A stretch of DNA of 64,000 nucleotides from Octopus vulgaris (lineage: Eukaryota), in contig OX597822.1 in NCBI GenBank assembly GCA_951406725.2, forward strand, positions 62,310,001 through 62,374,000, in the 5' to 3' direction. Each line of letters starts with the position of its first letter. Position 1 is the first letter of the stretch. Below, in pieces: positions 55,478 to 64,000 of the stretch. The notes beneath the pieces were generated by a model. It saw only the letters and a program-made list of their open reading frames with translations. It made no database searches and was not told where the DNA came from. Made by a program: the position numbers and the translations under genes.

Positions 55478-56400
55478 CGAGTTTACTTCTAAAACCACAT
55501 TGTGATTCTGGTAGAACCTCATCAGCAATGTAAAGGAGCAATCTATCCAGCATTACCCTACAAAGGACCTTTCCAACGACAGCTAAGAGACAGATGCCAC
55601 GAAAACTATCACAAACATCCTTTCCACCTTTTGATTTATAGAGTATCTCCATAATTGCATCACGCCAATGCCTAGGAACCACTTCACTAGGCCAAACCCT
55701 TTCAATCACATCTGTCACCATTATACAGAGATGTTTGCCGCCGTGTCTGTATATCTCTGCTCCTAATCCATCATACCAGGAGCCTTTCCATTGCTCAATT
55801 TCCGATGACCGCTTTTGTTGGTTTTTCAGGTATATTATCAAGACCAACAATTATATATTATAATGCATTCCTAAAACACCCCAAGTATCCCAATCTGCAC
55901 CAACGCGAGCATTAAAATAACCTAAAATGACAACTCTGTCATCAGTGGGGATACTGCATATAATCTCTGTAAGTGACAGATAGAAGTCAAGTTTATCATG
56001 AATTCATAGTTGGAGCATATACACTTGTGAGCATATACATAAGCGACCCTTCCTTAATAAAAGTCTTAAAGACGTCAAACGATCAGAATGACCATATGAC
56101 AGTTCCTCAAGTTTCGAAACCAGAGTAGGTTTGATTGCAAATCCTACTCATGATTCTCTCTTATAGGTCTCATCTGAACCGCTCCAAAACTAATGATACC
56201 CAGCAGATTTCACTACAAAATTCCCTTTTTCATGAATTCTTGTTTCGGCTTATGCTACAACATCCATATCATATCGCTGCAACAAGTGCAGATCTTCTCC
56301 CCGGACGCGATTTCAGCAAATCATTGTCTAATAAGGTTCGAACGTTCCAACATATCAATATTCATAGGCTTGCACCTTAATCGGAATTTACTCACTGTTG
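55478..56400 (-). mobile_element. Decayed RTE-clade LINE (AP endonuclease N-terminus + RT start, internally deleted)
   Basis: Minus: CWNVRTLLD...RPGRRSALVA...AETRIHEKG...FWSG...VGFAIK; then GLGAEIY..GG, WRDA, FRGICLL.VVGKVL, LPESQCGFR. Confidence 0.88.
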
Positions 56401-57335
56401 CAGGATGAGAACCGGACCAAAACTGTGGTGCCCTAGGACACACCTGCCGGACCAAACCACAGACCAAAATGTTCCAGAGCCCTTTCTGCCATTTACTTCA
56501 GTATTAATATCAACTTTCATTGCTTGACTGTGTCTTTTTAGATTTCGGCCAGCCATGTATGTATAAGATGTTCATTTCTTTTTCCCTTCCAGCAATACCT
56601 GTGCTTGACGCTATTTAAAGGGAGGAAACAAATCTCACTCTCTAAACTACAAAGCATGATCCCAAAAGAAGAGTCGACATCATTGGGTGCATTTGCAGTG
56701 ACAGATTTTACATCAGAGTGTCTTTTTTTCAGTCTTTGGCCAATCAAAGGCTAACTATAAGATAGCAGTAAAGGATTTGAATTCAGAGTTACCTACTCCT
56801 AGATAGATAGACTTCATCACGGCTTTGTTAAACAAAGGAGCACCAGCCACTCCTTATCTATTTCTACAAACTCACACTAATATATAAAATATAATTTTCT
56901 TTTCTTCTTTTCCCATCATTTTTTTTTTTTTTTACATATAAATGAAATATATCCAAATACAATAAACGTAGGGCCGTATGTGATTCTCAAATTCTGTCTG
57001 ATGACCATATTTGGTGTTAGTTTAAATATATCTCACTGACTGATTCTGTATCTATAAAATCAATCACATTCTGTGATTCACTTTATCACAAGATTGTGAA
57101 AAACACCGATGAATGATCAATGTAGTCGATATTCTCTCGGAGTTTAGTGGAATCAGTTATGTTGCAGGTAACTAAACAATTTCTGAAGCCTGAAAATAAT
57201 TCATTATCAAGATATTTTGTATTTACTGCGGTTATACAATTCATAGTATCTTTCTTACTTTCTCCGTCAACAGCCTCGGAGACATGTAAGAATTGATGCG
57301 CATTGCACTTCATCTCAATATGAAGGACACTTCTA

Positions 57336-57530
57336 AGGCGGCGAACTGGCAGAATCGTCAGTACACTGGGCAAAATGCATAGCGGCATTATGTCCGTCTT
57401 TATGTTCTGGGTTCAAATTCCACTGAGGTCGAATTTCTTTTTCATCCCTTTCGATTATCGATAACATAATAATAGCTGAACACTGGGATCGATGTAATCG
57501 ACTTACCCACAACTCGAACTTGCTGACCTT
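57336..57530 (+). mobile_element. Diverged SINE family B
   Basis: AGGCGGCGAACTGGCAGAATCGTCAG...GGGTTCAAATTCCACTGAGGTCG...CACTGGGATCGATGTAATCGACTTA. Confidence 0.8.
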
Positions 57531-58407
57531 GCGCCAATACTTAAAGCCAATATATAAGGACACCTCCGTATATATTAACAAGATTAAGGATCTGTAGCCA
57601 GAAAGTTCTTTCCTAAGGTGCAGGCCTGTATAATGTTTTATTCTTATTCTTATGTGTGTAGAAGTCTTCAATCTTCACGCCATGGATATTGCCAATGGTA
57701 AAAATCAATGACCATTACACCTGGGTAACAACATCCTAGTCACCAGCGTTGCTGCTAGAATGCTAAGTCGGAGCAGGCATGGTATCCTGTCCGAAGTTCT
57801 AAAAGTTCTTCATTTTAACGACTTTACCAATTCGACGCCAATTTCTCTGATTAAACTATCATAAAGTGTAACACTATATTATCCAATTTATTCTTTCTTT
57901 CTCCATAGGGTAGGGTGCGATTTCACGAAGATTTTCCTGTGCAATTTGGTCCGACTAGCTTTGTCTGCTTGGTCTTATTGTAGAAAAAGATGCCCAACCC
58001 AGAAATATAACAAGAAAAATGCCAGCAGGAGACATGAAGTTTGAACTTAAGTTCCTTCAGCCATTGCGTTTTGATACAGCAATGTAAAGAAAGACAAGCA
58101 AACAACAAGAAAATGAAGCTGCTGTAAGAAATGAGAAGCGTGTGCTATTGTGTTAGCTAGATGCCCAGGAACATCTCGCTCAATTCATTACAATATAAAA
58201 CTACAATAATTCAACCAGTGAGAGTAATTTCAAGCCAGAGACTGAGTAATAATTAAGGTAATGCCAGAATATTACAATGAATGGCTTTCAATTTACCATC
58301 TGATAATGTATGGAAGGTTAGAAAGTAAGCTTGAGGTTGCAGCTGATAATTACAGATTATCAAATCTGATTCACTTTCTCTTGTTCTGCATATATATAAC
58401 TATACAT

Positions 58408-58468
<61 letters not shown>

Positions 58469-58573
58469 ATATTATTATGTACTTACTTTCTTATATACAT
58501 ATTAGTGGATATATATATATAACTGAGCGTATATGTACGTATATATATACATGCATATATGTGCGTGTGAATG

Positions 58574-58631
<58 letters not shown>

Positions 58632-58850
58632 CATTCATTTGTTCGTTTGTTCATTTGTTCATGTATGTACATTATTTCCGAGCAATCCTTCAATTCTTCC
58701 GGTGAAATCTTGCCCAGCTTTTCTTTTACTACCTTCGCCATCCACCACATTGTTTTCCGACAATACACACACACACACATGGAAAATTTCGCGCACAGAC
58801 ACACATGCCACTATACTGTATCCTTTTCTCCCTCTAACTTCTTGCTCTCT

Positions 58851-59037
<187 letters not shown>

Positions 59038-59405
59038 TCCATTAACAACATTATCGTAACGATCTCTACCATCGCAACAGTAACAACAACAATAATCCAT
59101 CGACTTCGCCTAGATTTCTGTCTTCGTTCTCACCTTACAAATGCTGACTAATCTAAATAACTGTATTTTCGTTTTCCAGCCATCACACACACACAGGCAC
59201 ATACATACACTCACACGCGCGCGCGCGCAGTCACACAGGTACACGCACACGTACACACATACACACACACTTTTGTATATGCAATACAATGTATACGGCT
59301 TCTTGAAGATTGTGCGCCTTACCAATATTTCTTGCATTTCACTATCGTGCTGACTGACCACTACACTCTTTCAAACATATACAAACATAAATACCACCCC
59401 ATCCC

Positions 59406-59450
<45 letters not shown>

Positions 59451-59460
59451 TATAAATATA

Positions 59461-59516
<56 letters not shown>

Positions 59517-59576
59517 TATATATAAGTATTCTTATATATATATATGTATATATATATATATGTATATATATATATG

Positions 59577-59610
<34 letters not shown>

Positions 59611-59612
<2 letters not shown>

Positions 59613-59868
59613 TAATTTCGTAGCCAATTCAAAACAGTTGTCCGTTGGAACGGACTTCACTGCGACTTTTTAACCCCAAGAGGGTGTCTATTCTAGCTGT
59701 TTAACGATGCACAGCTGCATCCGATATTGCGAGCAGGGGAACTTACAATATCTCGGATGCAGCTGTCCATCGTTAACCAGATACAAGAGATGTTCTCTTG
59801 GGATTATAACATCGCAGTAAAGTCCGTGCGAACAGACAGCCATTTTGAAGTGGCTACGAACTTTACTT
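59611..59868. repeat. Imperfect fold-back/MITE-like element with ~120-bp arms
   Basis: TTCGTAGCCAATTCAAAA...ACGGACTTCACTGCGA...TTAACGATGCACAGCTGCATCCGATATTG / CAATATCTCGGATGCAGCTGTCCATCGTTAA...TCGCAGTAAAGTCCGT...TTTTGAAGTGGCTACGAA. Confidence 0.82.
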
Positions 59869-59922
59869 GTTAGTATAACTATTGCGTTGATCTCTCAGAG
59901 AGATTTTAGAACTAGCATTTTT

Positions 59923-59979
<57 letters not shown>

Positions 59980-59981
59980 TG

Positions 59982-60012
<31 letters not shown>

Positions 60013-60531
60013 GCGTGTGTGCGTGTGTGTGTGTATGTGTGTGTATCTTTGTATGTATATGAATGAATTTTTCTGTATGCATACGTACATACACACTCTA
60101 CCACACGCACTCATACACGCAACATATTTATATCTGTATATTATATCCCTCTAATGATCCCTCTTTCTGGCTATCTATTCATCATTCTAATTATTCTTGT
60201 ATACCTGTATTTCTGAGAACTGCGACCTCATTAATGAAGGCACACATGTACACAATCAAAGAAATAATCACTCACCAATTCACACACCCAGATATATGCA
60301 TACATGCATACATACATACATACATACATACATACATACATACATACATACATACATGAATACATACATACACTACTTTTTAATTGACTGAGGATCGTGG
60401 TATCGAAATCCAAAACGATTAATCTTTTTGCATTTATCACCGAAAGACTGTTCCAACTGATTAACATCAAACCAAGATATTCTGGCTTGCCATTTAAACT
60501 GAATGTACAAAATTAGGTCTCGTACAGGCCT

Positions 60532-60784
<253 letters not shown>

Positions 60785-60795
60785 GTATGGAACCC

Positions 60796-61036
60796 CATGG
60801 CCTAGTCGTTAGAGCAGCGGACTCGCAGTCGAGGGATCGTGTGTGTTTATGAGCGAAACACCTATGCTCCACGCGGCTCCAGCAGAGAGTAATGGCGAAC
60901 TTCTGCTGACTCTTTCGCCACAACCTTCTCTCTCTCTTTCCTACTGCATCTACCAGCTCATCTGTGACGGACCGGCGTCCCGTCCAGGTGGGGAACTTAT
61001 ACGCCAAGGAAACCGGGAAACCGGCCCTTATGAACC
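60796..61036 (+). mobile_element. SINE family C (tail type 2), B-box region deleted
   Basis: Collinear with the reverse complement of 53563-53861. Confidence 0.88.
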
Positions 61037-62338
61037 TTATATATATCATTCAACTACAGTAGTGTTTGAATATATTCTTAAGACCACCATTTCGTCAATC
61101 ACAGCAGCGTCCAAGCTTCACCACTAATTAAGTTCTCAACTACAATGCAATCTGTTAATAGTTTTAAAGAGGACACCTCCTCAGCTACACTTTGGCATAA
61201 ATAGTTTGAGATTTGGTTCAGTAGAATAAAATATTACATCAAAATATCTGCGGCAGGTGGGGAGGGGGAGTAAGGCAGATATTCATCTTCAATTAAAATA
61301 AATTTTGAAATTTTAAATTAAAATGCTTAAATGATAGAAAAATGCATGAGAAATTCAGAATCACTAGTTTCATTGAACAAATATTAGTAGAAAAGGAGTT
61401 ATGAAGTAAAATGTTACGAAATTTCATGTCAGTAAGTAGGAGAGTAAGGGAGTAACACTTCAGCAATAATAATAAAGAATATATTTCTAAAATGAATATT
61501 TACTTTCAAAAGCGGCACGCTGGCAGACACGCTAACCAGCTTTTGACTTACTCTCGAACTTCTGCCGTTGATATATATACATATTACATATATGTGTAAA
61601 AAGAAAATCTCATCCCGCAATCGATTCAATGTAAGAGCCTCTACCTGGTCGCTCGACACGCTAAAAATAGCAGCTAAAGTATCCCCCTACCTAAATCACA
61701 CGCCCATTCTTTGTAATGTCCTAGATTATCCCTAAAAAGACAGTTTGCTGAAGGCTGGAATGTCTTTGATGATACGTTTGCAGTATCAGGGTTTATTTGA
61801 GGCTTAAACAACAACATTACGGTCAATTTCTATATTAACATTCGTACGATTTCCACTATGAAAAAATTTGATTTTTTGCGTGGAATCAAGTTTTCTGACC
61901 TCTTAATATGCTGCAAATCCTTTATTTTGGTTGGAAAAAAATGAGGTGAGGGGTTCACCGCCCCCAATCCCGGAATCACTGGAATTTTTTTTTTCGTTGA
62001 ATAAATTCCTGTGACCTCCTAATATTGCAAAATTAGGTTACTTAAGGTAAGCCTCGTAACTGATGGTTTTGGGGTCTTGTTGTTTGTAACTCTTGGTGAG
62101 CCATGGTGCAACCAATAATATTGTAAAAATCCTTGCCATTAATTAGGTGTGGTTGGGTGATATCAAATAATTTAATCACAGCATATGTTTAAACTAAACA
62201 AGAAAAAAAATTGAAATATTATCATCGCTTACATGGAAAAATTGAAATATTATCTTTCAGTAGTTTATAAGGTAAAATCTTAAATTATTAATTGACACAT
62301 TAATTATCTTATAACAGCAATGCCTAGAAAAATCATGG

Positions 62339-62857
62339 ATTACATGGAAAAATACGAGCATGAAAAGTCATATTCTTAAGATTATAAATATGGAAAAGTA
62401 CAGGACAAGTTATTACACTTGTAATAGTAAAGGACAAGCTAATACTTCTAGTAAACTAAAGAAAAAAAACTTTTTACTTAAAATATTGCAGCTAAAATTA
62501 AAATTTGAATATTAAAAATTATTTTATTATAGTTTACAAATAACACTTTACTTCTTTAAGTAGATTTTGGCTAATTTACTACCTTAAATACAGAGAAAAT
62601 TGACTAATTAGACAAACTTACAAATTAGCTGAACAGTTTTGTACAATAAATTCAAAAGATGATAACTGTAAAGAGTGATAAATTAGAAGGACTGGCATTC
62701 TTTGCTGCAATATTTTAAGTAAAAAGTTTCTTATTCTTTACTTTACTAGAAGTCATAGCTTGTCCTGTACTTTTACAGGTGTAATAATTGTCCAGTACTT
62801 TTCCATGTTTATAATCTTAAGAATATAACTTTTCATGCTTGCATTTTTCCATGTAAT
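62339..62857. repeat. Fold-back/MITE-like element with ~160-bp imperfect inverted arms
   Basis: ATTACATGGAAAAA..GCATGAAAAGT..TATTCTTAAGATTATAAA...CTTTTTACTTAAAATATTGCAGC mirrored at 62700-62857; ends in (TA)n. Confidence 0.83.
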
Positions 62858-62879
62858 ATATATATGCATATGTATATGC

Positions 62880-62935
<56 letters not shown>

Positions 62936-63043
62936 TTATATATGTATGTGTGTGTATATATATATGCGTAAATATATATATATATATGCGTGTATATATA
63001 TCGACGGAAATATATATATTGACGGAAAAATATACATATATAT

Positions 63044-64000
63044 GACCGACAAAGTTGGTCATGGTATGATATGTCACAAGTTACAAAACTTTGGTATATT
63101 TGGTAAACTAGGAGAGTGGCTGAACGACTTCCAAAACGTTAGAAGTCAGACAGTTGCAGCCAATGATGCACTCTCTAAGGAAACACAAATTTTGAGAGAT
63201 ATCTCTGAGAGAACTGTCTTAGGGCCTTTACTGTTTATAGTAGCCTTCTTAGACATGCCCACAGTCACTCAGACAGCCATTGTCACTAGCTACGCTGATG
63301 CTACAAAATTATCATAAGCAAAAAATTATCCTAATGATGTCGTAAACCTGCAGAACGACCTAAATGCCATATACAAATGGGTAGAGCAAAACAATATGCA
63401 ATTTAATGCTGAAAAATTTCAAGCACTGCGTTATAGGATCACAAATGCTCCACAACCGGCATTTACAGGACCTGGAGGTACTGCAGTCCCAGAGTCACAA
63501 ACAGTGAGAAACCTGGGCATCAGTATGTGTAATGAGGCATCATTTCCCATGCACATTACCAAGTTGCAGACAACTGGCGGGATGGATACTAAGGACATTC
63601 AGGACAAGAGATCAGGAAGTCACCTTGACTCTATGGAAGACCTTTTCCCTCAACCGCCTAGACTACTGCTCTCAGCTGTACTCACCACACAGTGTCAAGC
63701 TAACAACGGAGCTTGAAGCAATCCAGCGTTACTACACTAAAAAGATTGCTACAGCCCAACACATGAACTACAGGTAGAGGCTAAAGGAACTACGACTCTA
63801 CTCCCTAGAGCGCGGACGTGAGAGATATGTAATGATTTACATGTGGAAAATACTGGAAGGTCTGGTACTCAATTTTGGCTGCAATTGTTATATGAACACT
63901 CGTACTGGACGCCACTGCACAGTACCGAATGCACCGTCTAATGCATCTAATAAAAAAACCCGTACTGCAATAGCCTAGGGTTCAGAGGACCAAAACTCTT
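63044..64000 (+). mobile_element. Decayed CR1/L2-group LINE RT, related to the 17535-18652 family, runs off the window
   Basis: [70 protein letters not shown]. Confidence 0.9.

Overview
AT-rich, gene-empty eukaryotic (animal) DNA; the SINE families and extreme (TA)n/(TACA)n/(TCTA)n/(TAA)n density suggest an octopus-like cephalopod (inference). No host exon, rRNA, real tRNA or CRISPR array is supportable. Nearly all ORFs in the track are microsatellite translations. The window is a graveyard of mobile DNA: R4/Dong-like RLE retrotransposon fragments in (TAA)n, CR1/L2-group LINE 3' ends (one family twice inside (TA)n), an RTE LINE, Penelope-like elements (RT + GIY-YIG), two mariner remnants, three tRNA-derived SINE families and many fold-back palindromes next to (TA)n. 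The most notable signal is a non-coding, partially tandem repeat family (best copy 45355-46745, 804-nt period; relatives at ~16.3, ~20.3 and ~37.6 kb). It carries all three strands of a hammerhead ribozyme core in a NON-circularly permuted order (III'-NUH-I, then II'-GAAA-III, then I'-CUGANGA-II), with covarying stem I between subfamilies. This suggests a retrozyme/Penelope-satellite system with an unusual ribozyme topology. Several conventional minimal Penelope-type hammerheads are also present, including a head-to-head inverted pair and U3-A8 variants. All ribozyme calls come from manual base-pairing and are untested.
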